Shown here in pieces: positions 41,540 to 51,662 of a stretch of DNA of 64,000 nucleotides (position 1 is its first letter; each line of letters opens with the position of its first letter). The stretch is from a virus. Taxonomy: Duplodnaviria > Caudoviricetes. The translations under genes and the position numbers were made by a program. Below the pieces are notes generated by a model, which had not been told where the DNA came from, ran no database searches, and saw nothing but the letters and a program-made list of their open reading frames with translations. The DNA lies in IMG/VR virus record IMGVR_UViG_3300042282_000085; one strand, 5' to 3'.

Positions 41540-41761
41540 ACCAAGATTCCGTAGATGGCAATGGTCCGTTCCCCACAGTCACCCTGCGTACTGTACTTAC
41601 CTTCGTACATAGTAGTCTCCTTAGATCTTACGGCATTGATAGTTGTAAACAATCTTGAGTATCATGAGACAATGGTTGGGTATGTCATCCAAGTATTATA
41701 GGTCTTCCCGTTTCATGAATGTAGCATAAACCCCTATCCACGTTAGGCGTGGGTAGGGAAA

Positions 41762-42304
41762 TCACCATTGTAGCCAGCCACACACGGACTCAGTGGATAT
41801 AGCTCTACTGTCCCTTCGCCACATCCAAAAGGTAACACGATCGCCATCGACTGTAACCTCATCAATGACAGTATAGCCCATCCGGCGATTTATTTCTGCC
41901 ATTGCTGGATCAGAGGAGCGGGTGCTGGTGGAAGTAAGAATGAGCGTATAGTTAGCGTGTAGCTCCTCCTTTAGTGCTAAAGCCATCCCTTTACCTCGAT
42001 AGCCTGGCCGCACCATGAGACTGCTTATCCATGTTTGGTGTTTGCCCAAATATCGGTATTTTTCTTGCCAGGGATTGACATCGGTAAGATACGGCTTGAA
42101 ATTAATCGCAGCGACCAGGACATTTCTCTGGTAGATGCCATAGACTCGTCGGACATCGGCCTGTACCTCACGGCGCAGCTTGTCGACGTCCTGATTAAAC
42201 TGACCGCTGCCTTTTCCCCAGACCAAGTAATCCAATCGCATATAGTCTTCGATTTCACTCTTGCTGGATAGCGTCACAATTTTATATTTAATGCGAACGG
42301 ACAT
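41762..42304 (-). CDS. GNAT-family acetyltransferase
   Basis: ISSLMVRPGYRGKGMA acetyl-CoA binding motif; INRRMGY. Confidence 0.8.
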   Translation of the reverse strand: MSVRIKYKIVTLSSKSEIEDYMRLDYLVWGKGSGQFNQDVDKLRREVQADVRRVYGIYQRNVLVAAINFKPYLTDVNPWQEKYRYLGKHQTWISSLMVRPGYRGKGMALALKEELHANYTLILTSTSTRSSDPAMAEINRRMGYTVIDEVTVDGDRVTFWMWRRDSRAISTESVCGWLQW

Positions 42305-42325
42305 CTCTGGTATCCCCTTTGATTG

Positions 42326-42655
42326 CTATGTTACTGGCGAGTGTATTTTAGCTACGTACCGTATTGGGTTAGATTGGCTCGAATGGTCGAAACCACCGAC
42401 CGGACGGTGGCCGGAACGATCTAGTGCGTGAGGTCGAAGTCCAAGACGCTGACAATCTCTGCGATGGCGTAACCTACCTACAAAGCCCTCTAAGGCGGGT
42501 ACGTCAGTGACTGATACATTATAGGGGGTAAGTACTGAATTGACGATAGACATGTACATTAGGTCAGGTACATCCCCTCTTTTTGCCTCTAGCGCCCTTA
42601 AGGTCTGCGTAATGTGTTGTAGGTGGTACTCAGTTGTATCCATTATTTTCTCCAA
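42326..42655 (-). CDS. Hypothetical protein, possibly a degraded head-protein remnant
   Basis: Propeptide-like N-terminus ending PALEG, followed by an atypical tail. Confidence 0.4.
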   Translation of the reverse strand: MEKIMDTTEYHLQHITQTLRALEAKRGDVPDLMYMSIVNSVLTPYNVSVTDVPALEGFVGRLRHRRDCQRLGLRPHALDRSGHRPVGGFDHSSQSNPIRYVAKIHSPVT

Positions 42656-43306
42656 TTACCATTTATACCATGCTTCCATAGAGGGTAGAGGTTTATTTCC
42701 AACCACGACCTTACGATGTTCGCTAACCGGGATAGGGTTACGGGTGTAGATCATCAAATGGGGCACGGTAGCTGCGTACATATCTTTGATCTCATCATAA
42801 TAGTCCAGAGATGGAATCTTAAGGTAGGCCTCTCGGCTGAACCCGGGTTTGAATTTAGCCAGCCCTTTCTCCAGTCCCTTAACATCGTCTCCCTGCTCAT
42901 GGAAGAGCTTACGGCTGGTGGCGAGTGTCTTGAAAAATAACCGTTTATACCAAACATTCTCATACCAGGGTAAGTGGTCTAAGAATAACATGGTTATGGG
43001 GGTCTCCACTATCTGCCACCCGTAAATATCCAGGTTAGAGGTATCTATAACGTGCTCTACTAGACGGTTACCTGCCCGCCACGTGTGGTGATCATTGGGG
43101 AAGATCGTCCCCAGTATATCTAGCGGGGCGGGCTCCATAAAGAAGGAGATGTGGTCCGTATAGGGCCCCGGGTCCCCTCGAAAATTAGCGGCAGCGGTAG
43201 CATCCTCCCGTTGTTGTGCTGTTACCGCACCCTGTAACTCACGAGTAAGCAATGACGAGAAGCGCTTTTGGTTATAATGATAGAGTTTCATTACCATTCC
43301 ATCCAC
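42656..43306 (-). CDS. Hypothetical virion-associated protein with C-terminal PSMEAWYKW
   Basis: 216 aa; YTDHISFF.EPAP and YAATVPHLMIY motifs; adjacent to the SNF2 helicase. Confidence 0.62.
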   Translation of the reverse strand: MDGMVMKLYHYNQKRFSSLLTRELQGAVTAQQREDATAAANFRGDPGPYTDHISFFMEPAPLDILGTIFPNDHHTWRAGNRLVEHVIDTSNLDIYGWQIVETPITMLFLDHLPWYENVWYKRLFFKTLATSRKLFHEQGDDVKGLEKGLAKFKPGFSREAYLKIPSLDYYDEIKDMYAATVPHLMIYTRNPIPVSEHRKVVVGNKPLPSMEAWYKW

Positions 43307-45363
43307 TTGGTAGAGTTTGAGTGTACAGCAGGTTCAATGGGCGGTAACGCTGCAACCAGATCAACGATACCTTCCATTGAGGGCTCAGATAGTGTATCGG
43401 TCCCATCGTATTCTACCTTAAATGGCGATTCCATTTTCATAATCGCCTCAATCTGATCCTGAGACCATTGTAGAATATCGAGGTTACGGCTACTGATGTT
43501 ACTTTCTTCACCTGTATCCAGAATTGCCGTATACACGTACGTTTGGGTATCCGACCCCAGTCGATGAATACGAGATACTGCCTGCTGCAATACGTAGTCA
43601 CGGAACGGCATGTTGATCAGGATCATGGTATCAGCCATCACCAAAGGCACCGCCGTTGAGAGACTATCGTAGGTGGCAATCAGTGGATTAAGCTCCGGAT
43701 TACCCTCAAAGCGCCGTACAGTGTCCGCTAAGACCTTTGTGTTCTTTCCATAGACCGTAACCGGTTTTAACTTAAGGCTCTCCAGATGGCGGTGTGTGGC
43801 CTCTAGTGCCTCTACGTAACTTGTGAAGACCACGGTCTTTTTCGTGGTCGTACCCATGACGCCCTCAAAGTCGATATGTTTAACCATGTCGACATGGGCA
43901 TTAATACGTTCACGCCCTAAGACACGCCCCAAGCACTCACCCTGCACCTTAAGCTTTAAATACTTAACAACAGTCTTGGCCTCTTTAAAGGCTTTACGTA
44001 ACTCTGGATCGGCAATGCGCGGCATAATGACATTACGCTCGTAGAGATTGGTTTCTTTAATCTCTTCGGTCACTGACTGCAAACGTCCTCGGTTATGTGC
44101 ATCGATTACAGTCGCCACTAACCGACGGTAGCGCTTAAATGCTTTCTCGGCCTCCAACCACTCTTTAGTGTCATCGGTTTCGCCTTCCCAACAAGCACTG
44201 GCCTTAATGCCCCGGTCATAGATATCCTGATACTCAGCCTTATGCTTTAGGTAGTACCCCACACGCTCTTCGATAAACCGCTGCATCTTAATACTGATCG
44301 CGGTCAATGTATAGTCCTTCGCATTCGGTATTTTCACCACCAGGTTTCGAAAGATCGGGGGCTCTAGCTTAAGTTCCGCCTTCTCTACCTTAAAGGACAT
44401 AACACCTAAGCGCTCGGCCAGTATAGAAGTAGCTTTGTTGGCGTCCCCTGCAAAGATGCGTTTGAACCGATCCATGACCACATCGGTAAATTGAGGGTCA
44501 ATGGCTTTAAAGACCGAGATGGTTTCTAAGGTACTGGCCTTTATAGGGGTACCGGATGCTAGCACTACGTCTTGGGTATCAATGCGGTTACAGAAGTCTA
44601 TAAACCGCTGGGTGCGCTGCGAAGTCATCTCAGCCATGTTGTGGGACTCATCGAGAATCACCAAGGTCTTACGCTTCTCTAGGTACCGTACTTCAGAGAA
44701 GGCCTCTTTGAGGGCTTCATAGTGGTAGATAAGGATCTTCTCCTTATTGTATCGTTGACCACTACTATAGTACCAATAGCTAGGGGTCTTCTTGTAAACA
44801 CTTTCGATATTAGCAGTCCATACCCGCTCAACCGCATTCTTAGGACAGATAATGATGATGTTGTCGGCCTCTAGGCATTCGCCCAAGGCAAGGCCTGTAA
44901 AGGTCTTACCGGAGCCGGCAGTAGCGGAGAGCAGCATACCCCGTAATCCGTACTGGGGTACGACCTGAGAATAGGTCTCTAAGAACCGCTGCTGAAAATC
45001 CAACGGTGTCCATTTCAGGTTATTAAGCTGACGGAAGTTAAGGCGCTCAGGCATTACGATCTGGGTATTCGCTAACCAAGTATTGGCCAGTAACCCTTCC
45101 TTTATATGGTGCAGTGCTCGTACACTGGTGCCCACCGTACGGGACTTAGAGAGCTTATCGACAATGTGGTAAAACTCCAGCGCAAAGAAGCTTTCAATTA
45201 CAACACTGCCTCTGGAGACATCAGAGAAGATGTATTTAGAGACACGGGAGGTATTGAACATCCGCTTAATATCCCCTTCCATGGTGCGGGTGTGGATGTT
45301 CTTAATGTAGATACGGTTATCCCGCTCCTCCACCTTAGGTTTACCTAGAATAAAATACGACAT
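43291..45363 (-). CDS. SNF2-like / DExH-box helicase (phiKZ gp203-like)
   Basis: ATAGSGKT Walker A, ILDESH, ASGTP and QAVSRIHRLG helicase motifs. Confidence 0.88.
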   Translation of the reverse strand: MSYFILGKPKVEERDNRIYIKNIHTRTMEGDIKRMFNTSRVSKYIFSDVSRGSVVIESFFALEFYHIVDKLSKSRTVGTSVRALHHIKEGLLANTWLANTQIVMPERLNFRQLNNLKWTPLDFQQRFLETYSQVVPQYGLRGMLLSATAGSGKTFTGLALGECLEADNIIIICPKNAVERVWTANIESVYKKTPSYWYYSSGQRYNKEKILIYHYEALKEAFSEVRYLEKRKTLVILDESHNMAEMTSQRTQRFIDFCNRIDTQDVVLASGTPIKASTLETISVFKAIDPQFTDVVMDRFKRIFAGDANKATSILAERLGVMSFKVEKAELKLEPPIFRNLVVKIPNAKDYTLTAISIKMQRFIEERVGYYLKHKAEYQDIYDRGIKASACWEGETDDTKEWLEAEKAFKRYRRLVATVIDAHNRGRLQSVTEEIKETNLYERNVIMPRIADPELRKAFKEAKTVVKYLKLKVQGECLGRVLGRERINAHVDMVKHIDFEGVMGTTTKKTVVFTSYVEALEATHRHLESLKLKPVTVYGKNTKVLADTVRRFEGNPELNPLIATYDSLSTAVPLVMADTMILINMPFRDYVLQQAVSRIHRLGSDTQTYVYTAILDTGEESNISSRNLDILQWSQDQIEAIMKMESPFKVEYDGTDTLSEPSMEGIVDLVAALPPIEPAVHSNSTKWMEW

Positions 45364-45471
45364 AGTGCCTGCCCAAGTCAGTTAAAGTTCGTTATACCAT
45401 CTTGGACAATTGGATTCTATAGGTATGTACCGGTCGGATGCTAGCCCCGACACAACCTTAAGGAAGTTACC

Positions 45472-46752
45472 ATGAGCTATGAAATTAGACTCTTTGGGGT
45501 AATACACCGATGTCTGGACGCAGTCATCGGTAATACTGCCCCACTGGGAGAACTGTCGCCCTATGGGCGTACTTTCAGTACACAGAAAACCAAGATTGCA
45601 GATACCGTACACGAGAACGTGCACGCTTTGGTATTTAACTGCGCTCGGGATGGGGTTGATCAGCCCATGCCCATTGGTGCTGACCAAGCCATACTCTCTG
45701 TACTGGAAACCTTAGTAGAAGACTTTGATAGTACACTGGATTTCCAAGGTCAGGTGAATAGCCGTTTCCCCGAGATTGCGGATACAGTAGAGTTTCACAC
45801 CTTTGTCAGTTTTAATGGCTTCATTCTACCGGGGTACTTTGAGTGGACTGAAGTCGTTAATGGAAACGATGTTCGGTTTATGGTGTGGTTATCGGACAGT
45901 GTTTTCCGTGAAACCTATGACCTCTATGAGATTCGGGTAGTCCCCCCTCTTCCGAACCTCGCTGATCTGGAAACCTCTGAGGCTAACGTCCGTGAGGCGC
46001 TGGATAACTATTCTGTTACACAGCAAATTGCAGCCCAAGAGGATGCACGTGGCGAGGACAGCGTTACCAAGAACACCGCGCTAACCCTGAAATGGGTAGA
46101 CCCTGACACCAGTGCGGTGCTGAACCTTACCTGGTTGCTCTTGGTATTCGGTCCTGAGGGTCTACGGTATGAAAACCAGATCGAGGCCATTCGCAATTTC
46201 CTTAGGGATGAAACCGGACATATACCCCCACACTGGATCGAGCTTATTCCCGAGTTAGACAATCGGACAGAGCTTACCTTCCTACCCCTATGGCATCAGA
46301 TCGCCCTGCGCTCGAGCGGTTCAGTGGACTATGTACACTCTCCGGTCATTAACCATACTGCGTTTACTGAAACACTGCGCAGGCGTAGCGGTGAGGATCC
46401 CGATATGGACCTAGTGGCCGAAACGGATTACGCCATTACCTATTATAAGTCAATTGGCTTTATGGTGTACCCGGAGGGGGAAACCAGTGACCCCATGCGC
46501 TTTACTGAACTCTACCCTGACTATGCGATGATTTCGGTCAATGATGTTAACTTGAACCGTTTACACGCGAATACCCGTGAGGCCTTAAAGGCTATTGAGC
46601 GAGGCATTCGTATTGCAGAGGTCGATGAGGGAGGGGATCTGCCAGAAGGTTTCTTCCGCCAAACCGAGCCACGGTTAAGTTTTATCTGTTACAGTGTCGG
46701 AGGCGTTATACACCGTATCGCCACTCGCCAATCGTTTAACGCAGCGGGGTAA
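45472..46752 (+). CDS. Putative virion structural protein
   Basis: 426 aa with PLGELSPYGRTFS motif; start of the structural module. Confidence 0.6.
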   Translation: MSYEIRLFGVIHRCLDAVIGNTAPLGELSPYGRTFSTQKTKIADTVHENVHALVFNCARDGVDQPMPIGADQAILSVLETLVEDFDSTLDFQGQVNSRFPEIADTVEFHTFVSFNGFILPGYFEWTEVVNGNDVRFMVWLSDSVFRETYDLYEIRVVPPLPNLADLETSEANVREALDNYSVTQQIAAQEDARGEDSVTKNTALTLKWVDPDTSAVLNLTWLLLVFGPEGLRYENQIEAIRNFLRDETGHIPPHWIELIPELDNRTELTFLPLWHQIALRSSGSVDYVHSPVINHTAFTETLRRRSGEDPDMDLVAETDYAITYYKSIGFMVYPEGETSDPMRFTELYPDYAMISVNDVNLNRLHANTREALKAIERGIRIAEVDEGGDLPEGFFRQTEPRLSFICYSVGGVIHRIATRQSFNAAG

Positions 46753-46755
46753 GCC

Positions 46756-47364
46756 ATGTATCCAGTCCCTATTATAGATGCATTGGGGACCTATACGGCC
46801 AAGGCACCCTTTGTTATAGAAGACGGTTCGATCTATATTTCGAAAGCGATTGAGGATTTTACTGCACTGTCAGATCGAGGAATCGATGTTTACAGTCAGT
46901 ATTATCAGCCCAACGGGCTATCCGAGGCACAGTATGCTGAAGATGCGGGACTTGGGGTTAAGATTGTAACCCTCTACTCCACCACGGGTCACCCTACGCT
47001 TTATATCCCGACCAGCTACATTCTAAGCTTCCCCTCAAAGTCACTGGTCCCGTATACGGACCTGGTTATGTCGGTCAGTTTAGGATTGGTGCCGGATGCG
47101 GTCTCCATGTCAATGCTAGAGAGTGATGTGGATCAGGCCGTACAAGATCGAATAGGCGTTGTCCCTAAGATCGAGCTACACCGTCTACCCTTGAATGGTG
47201 GCGTAGACTACACTACCCACGTTCGATTGGAAACACTCAGGGCTGCTAAGTTGCAGTATAAGCCGACTCCCACTGCACAGTTAAACTATTTCATTCAACG
47301 GATCTCAGAACTCGAAGCTGAGAAACTGAGACTGGAAGAAGCACTCACCGCAACACAGCCATAA
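46756..47364 (+). CDS. Putative virion structural protein
   Basis: 202 aa with YIPTSYILSFP and VSLG.VPD motifs and a C-terminal coiled coil. Confidence 0.6.
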   Translation: MYPVPIIDALGTYTAKAPFVIEDGSIYISKAIEDFTALSDRGIDVYSQYYQPNGLSEAQYAEDAGLGVKIVTLYSTTGHPTLYIPTSYILSFPSKSLVPYTDLVMSVSLGLVPDAVSMSMLESDVDQAVQDRIGVVPKIELHRLPLNGGVDYTTHVRLETLRAAKLQYKPTPTAQLNYFIQRISELEAEKLRLEEALTATQP

Positions 47365-47367
47365 GTA

Positions 47368-47393
47368 AGACTCCCTCCAGCTGGAGGGAGTCT
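47368..47393. terminator. Perfect 26-bp palindrome between convergent genes
   Basis: AGACTCCCTCCAG|CTGGAGGGAGTCT. Confidence 0.72.
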
Positions 47394-47397
47394 ACCT

Positions 47398-48696
47398 TTA
47401 TGTTTTATGTAGTGTATACAGATTCACCATGTATCCGCCCAGTATAATAGGGCGGGGTGGTTTCTTCGCAGTTTTAGATAAAGCCGGTAAGCGATCTCGT
47501 ATAATAGTGTCGTCTATCTTCGGTAGGTAAATACCACCGGTCATCGCAATAGACGCTACGTCACCATCATACCCATCCACTGTATAGTCCCAGATCCGTG
47601 CTCGTTCAGAGACAGCAATGCCTGTGGGCGGATAAGGGTAATTAAAAACGCCTGGAATGTCCGTACGGCTTAAAGGACGCTTAGCCAGGTTAACGTCATT
47701 ATTGCGTATAATAATGAGACCACTGAATCCGGCGGTTAACAATGGCATAGGGTCAAACTGACTTAACCCTACCCCCTGCCCATGGAGGTTCATGGGTTGG
47801 TAGGTGGGGCGATACTGAATCGGAGTATCCAGTACATATTCAGCACAGGTCTTAAGGTGGAGGGAGAGTATGGCCGTATGGGCATCGAACACATCCACCG
47901 CTGACATCAGAAGCTGGGGATGGCCATCGACTACTAAATAAAGCGTAGCGTCACTTAGGTTACGCTCAGTAACCATTCGATACCGTTTAATGTCCCGTGC
48001 CTTATCCGTTGGAGTCTGAGCTAGAGGTTTAAGTTCATCGGCCGTCAGCGGATGCCATTCAATGGACCCTACCCCCGAGAAATTCCAGACACTCAATGTT
48101 TCAATTCCGTCACCACACTCGGCCATAAACCGTCGAGCGTTGGGTAAAAAGATCCGATCGTTAATGCGGGTAGGCGGTAGGATACGACCATTCACTGTAA
48201 ACAGACACTGCTCGGACAGGAGTGTAGCATGTCCATCGGTATTGCTACGGGTTGTAAGGACTACGTCCGTGCGGTAGGCCGTTGGAATGGGGGTGCCGGG
48301 ACCATAGTTAAGGTTACCAATGGAGACGTCTACAGGGTAATCCCAAACATCGGTTACGTGAAGGTGCCCTGCATACGCCAGTTCCTGGAGTTCACTGTCT
48401 CCGACTAAGGACCCCTCGGCTTGTTTACTGAGCCAATCGCGAATCGTCCATCCACGGTCCAGGTTATTAAGACGGGCATACACCAAGGACAGATCTAATT
48501 GAATCATCTCAGTCTCGCCGGCCTGTACAAAAAGCTGAGCGGCGGGATACTCGTAGTTGGCCATCGCGATTGTAAGGTGGCCAATTTCAATCCGTTTCCA
48601 CCCCGTAGGGGTACGGCCATACGCCTTAATCAATTGATACATAGAAGCTCCTCCCGTACCGGGGTCGGGGTTAATAAAGAAGGTATAGGATTCCAC
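47398..48696 (-). CDS. Putative virion structural protein
   Basis: About 415-432 aa with CLFTVNGR motif; start uncertain. Confidence 0.55.
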   Translation of the reverse strand: MESYTFFINPDPGTGGASMYQLIKAYGRTPTGWKRIEIGHLTIAMANYEYPAAQLFVQAGETEMIQLDLSLVYARLNNLDRGWTIRDWLSKQAEGSLVGDSELQELAYAGHLHVTDVWDYPVDVSIGNLNYGPGTPIPTAYRTDVVLTTRSNTDGHATLLSEQCLFTVNGRILPPTRINDRIFLPNARRFMAECGDGIETLSVWNFSGVGSIEWHPLTADELKPLAQTPTDKARDIKRYRMVTERNLSDATLYLVVDGHPQLLMSAVDVFDAHTAILSLHLKTCAEYVLDTPIQYRPTYQPMNLHGQGVGLSQFDPMPLLTAGFSGLIIIRNNDVNLAKRPLSRTDIPGVFNYPYPPTGIAVSERARIWDYTVDGYDGDVASIAMTGGIYLPKIDDTIIRDRLPALSKTAKKPPRPIILGGYMVNLYTLHKT

Positions 48697-48814
48697 CGGC
48701 TAAATAGTATGATTAAATAGCCGATTTCGCTATGACGGATGGGTCGTATAGACGCCGTCCACCGGTAGGCGTTATGCGTTTCGATTAGCCCTCCAGATTA
48801 TAAAGGCCTTTATT

Positions 48815-49804
48815 ATGTCATTATTCCCATTCGACCCCACAGGGCGACTGAATGCCAACCGCATTCAAAACGAAGCCCATACGGTCACCGCGATCAACGG
48901 CGTCGACCACAACTATTTGATACCGGTAAATGCCCCTTTCTTTAATGAAAGCATGACCGTTATCAACCTCGCTACAGGTGAGGCCCTGACCGAAAACGAA
49001 GACTTCTATTTCGGCTACAGTTTCGCACAGGCAACCGAACAAACGGGGAAAGCAATCTCCGGTGCGATTGTCTTCATCGACCCGGATTTGACCGGCCAGT
49101 TTTACCTGAACTATCAGACACTGGGTGGTGAGTATGTCGATGAGGAAACACGCGCCATTGAAGATGGTCTAGACGCCCTGGATCGGCTGCTGAACCCAGA
49201 TTGGAGTGATCTGGTTAACGTACCGGCTGTGTTTCCGCCAACCCCCCATATGCTGCGCTTGGATGAGGTGGTGGGTGTTGCTGAAATCATTGCACGACTG
49301 GATGAGATCGAGATTGCACTGCGTGATGATCCCCGCCGCATTACAATGGGGGATATTGTCGATCTAGAAGAATCCTACACGGGACCGCTGCTCAATAGCC
49401 TAGGTGAAATTGCACAAGCCATCGAGCAGATTACCCAAGCGTCCGCCATTCACTATGTCGAAGACAATACGGTTACCCGTAACAGTGACATTATTGATCC
49501 GTTACCGGATACCTGGTATCCCACGGGGGCGACCGTAACCATAGCGAAATCGGGCACGTACCATCTTACCGTATCCGGTAACCCCAGGGTACTGGGCAGT
49601 GTGATTCCAATTGAGGCAGTGCTGCGTTTTACGGTGGACGGCGTCCCAGTGTCCCAGTCCATCCTATCCACTACTGTTATTGGTCTGACCGCTGGACAGC
49701 AGGTTGCCGTTGACGTAATTGCTCTGGGTGCAGGAGGGACACGTATCGCAACGAGTGGCCCCACTTATGGCTGTGGATTAACCCTACTAAGAGTGAGTGA
49801 CTGA
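48815..49804 (+). CDS. Baseplate/tail-fibre-associated protein (FDPTG family)
   Basis: FPFDPTG...N.I.NE.H...P..APFF, YQTLGG and FPPTPH motifs typical of phiKZ-like tail proteins. Confidence 0.68.
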   Translation: MSLFPFDPTGRLNANRIQNEAHTVTAINGVDHNYLIPVNAPFFNESMTVINLATGEALTENEDFYFGYSFAQATEQTGKAISGAIVFIDPDLTGQFYLNYQTLGGEYVDEETRAIEDGLDALDRLLNPDWSDLVNVPAVFPPTPHMLRLDEVVGVAEIIARLDEIEIALRDDPRRITMGDIVDLEESYTGPLLNSLGEIAQAIEQITQASAIHYVEDNTVTRNSDIIDPLPDTWYPTGATVTIAKSGTYHLTVSGNPRVLGSVIPIEAVLRFTVDGVPVSQSILSTTVIGLTAGQQVAVDVIALGAGGTRIATSGPTYGCGLTLLRVSD

Positions 49805-51494
49805 TATGGCCGCACAGGATTATAAATACGACCCCAGTGGTCAGAGTCCCGAGAATACAATAGAGGGCGAGGTTCATCCGCTATCGGCCTCAGTCGGGGT
49901 ATTCCCAACCGCGGGCCCATTTTTCCGACATACGTTATCGGTAGAAGGAAGCTACGATGGAGTACGATTCACACCTCTGACCGCCCGTATCGACTACCGT
50001 TTCTCCCCGCTATTTATGCGCCCCAGTGCCGATCTGGGACGGGAAATTAACAGCTACATTGTTGTACATGGTGACTGGCAGTACGTTCGCCTTAGCTACC
50101 AAGCCTTAGGGCAGTATGAGGACGTGGCGCTACTTACAGAAGTGGCACGATTAAACTTTAATCGCCGTGACCCCAGAGCCTGGACACAGATACGAGCACA
50201 AGGCATCATTGACCCCTCTTCATTTAATCGAGAGTGGAAAGGGCTAGGTGAGGCCGAAGCCGTAAGTCAGGGCTTCGTAAAGATAAAGGATGCCATTGAG
50301 CGGTTAAAGGGACAAGGCGATAAGGCAACCCTGGAGCAGGTGACAGCGCTAGAGCTACGTCAGACCGAGGTAGAGACGCTGGTGGATGGCTCTGAAGCAA
50401 ACGTCAGTGACCTGATGGCAGAGTTTGCTAACCTGTGGGAGCTTTACCATACGTTGGAGGATTACTTCCTTCATGGTGGACAGGGCAATACGCATTACCC
50501 TGAAGGGTATACGTATAACTCAGACGGTGCCTTAGACGTTCATACGGTAGTCCACGGGCTAAATACCGATGAAATACACTGTGACTTCTGGCAGTTGGAT
50601 CTGGATGGGAACTATGTGCCCTTCGAGGGTCAGGTTCGAATCGCAGACGTTAACCAGATTGAGTTAACAATCGGTACCCCTACCAAAGTCATCGGCGTAG
50701 TAAGGCCTGCCTCGGACTTTGGATACGTCTATACGGCAGATACTGAAAGCTCAGTGCACACCGTGGCACATAACTTGGATACCGGGTTTCCGGCTATAAG
50801 TGTATGGCGTCAAAGTTTGGACGGGTGGGTCAAGGATACACAGTATACCGCGACGCTGGTAGACGGTAACACCATCACCGTATCGAGGATACAACCGGCT
50901 GTCCTCCGCGTCGTAGTAGAGCCGCCAACCCCTAGAGCCTTCATATTTAAAGCCCAGGATCCTGCACTGCGGCACCTGATTACCCATTATTTACGTTGTC
51001 AGTATTTTACACTGACGTTATGGGTTAAAGGGAGTGATGGGGACTTTAAAGAGATTGCGGGTGAGCCTTCGGTAGTCCTACCGTCCTTAAACCATCTGGA
51101 TGTGGAACTCACTACAGCCAGTGAAGTGAAGGCGGTATTGCATCCGGTTGGGCTAACTGAGGTTAACTTCGATCAGGATCTTCAGGCTAAACAAATTGAG
51201 CTTGAAGATACGCAGTCTCGTATAGAGGCTCGGTTAACACAGATTACCGAGGCCATTGACCTTCTCTCGATTGTCACAACGTATGAGTACGACTCTAGTG
51301 CACCGAGTTTGGTGCATACAGTTACCCATAGTTTGGACTCGGTATTTGTAGAGGCCACAGTGTGGGTAGATGATGGAAATGGGAACTTCCAAATTGAGTA
51401 CCCTACGATTACAGGTCTGGATAAGGATCGAATTATCGTTTCATTGACCGAGAGTGCCAACGTACATGTGATGGTACGTCGCGGCAGGGTATAA
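49797..51494 (+). CDS. Tail-associated protein (YDPSG family) with four HTVxHxL beta-rich repeats
   Basis: YKYDPSG..PEN.I.GE.H N-terminus; repeats VHTVVHGL, VHTVAHNL, RHLITHYL and VHTVTHSL. Confidence 0.65.
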   Translation: MTDMAAQDYKYDPSGQSPENTIEGEVHPLSASVGVFPTAGPFFRHTLSVEGSYDGVRFTPLTARIDYRFSPLFMRPSADLGREINSYIVVHGDWQYVRLSYQALGQYEDVALLTEVARLNFNRRDPRAWTQIRAQGIIDPSSFNREWKGLGEAEAVSQGFVKIKDAIERLKGQGDKATLEQVTALELRQTEVETLVDGSEANVSDLMAEFANLWELYHTLEDYFLHGGQGNTHYPEGYTYNSDGALDVHTVVHGLNTDEIHCDFWQLDLDGNYVPFEGQVRIADVNQIELTIGTPTKVIGVVRPASDFGYVYTADTESSVHTVAHNLDTGFPAISVWRQSLDGWVKDTQYTATLVDGNTITVSRIQPAVLRVVVEPPTPRAFIFKAQDPALRHLITHYLRCQYFTLTLWVKGSDGDFKEIAGEPSVVLPSLNHLDVELTTASEVKAVLHPVGLTEVNFDQDLQAKQIELEDTQSRIEARLTQITEAIDLLSIVTTYEYDSSAPSLVHTVTHSLDSVFVEATVWVDDGNGNFQIEYPTITGLDKDRIIVSLTESANVHVMVRRGRV

Positions 51495-51662
51495 ATAGCT
51501 TACTTACCCGCTCCTCTATGGGGCGGGTAAGGGCTATACCTATTTATTAAAAATCACAGATAATATAGCGGGTCACAGTTACTTTACATTCCGTTATTTG
51601 GGCCCCTCGTAGAGTGACTCCGCTTAGTAACATCTTCCAATTTCATATCTGAGGATATTCTC

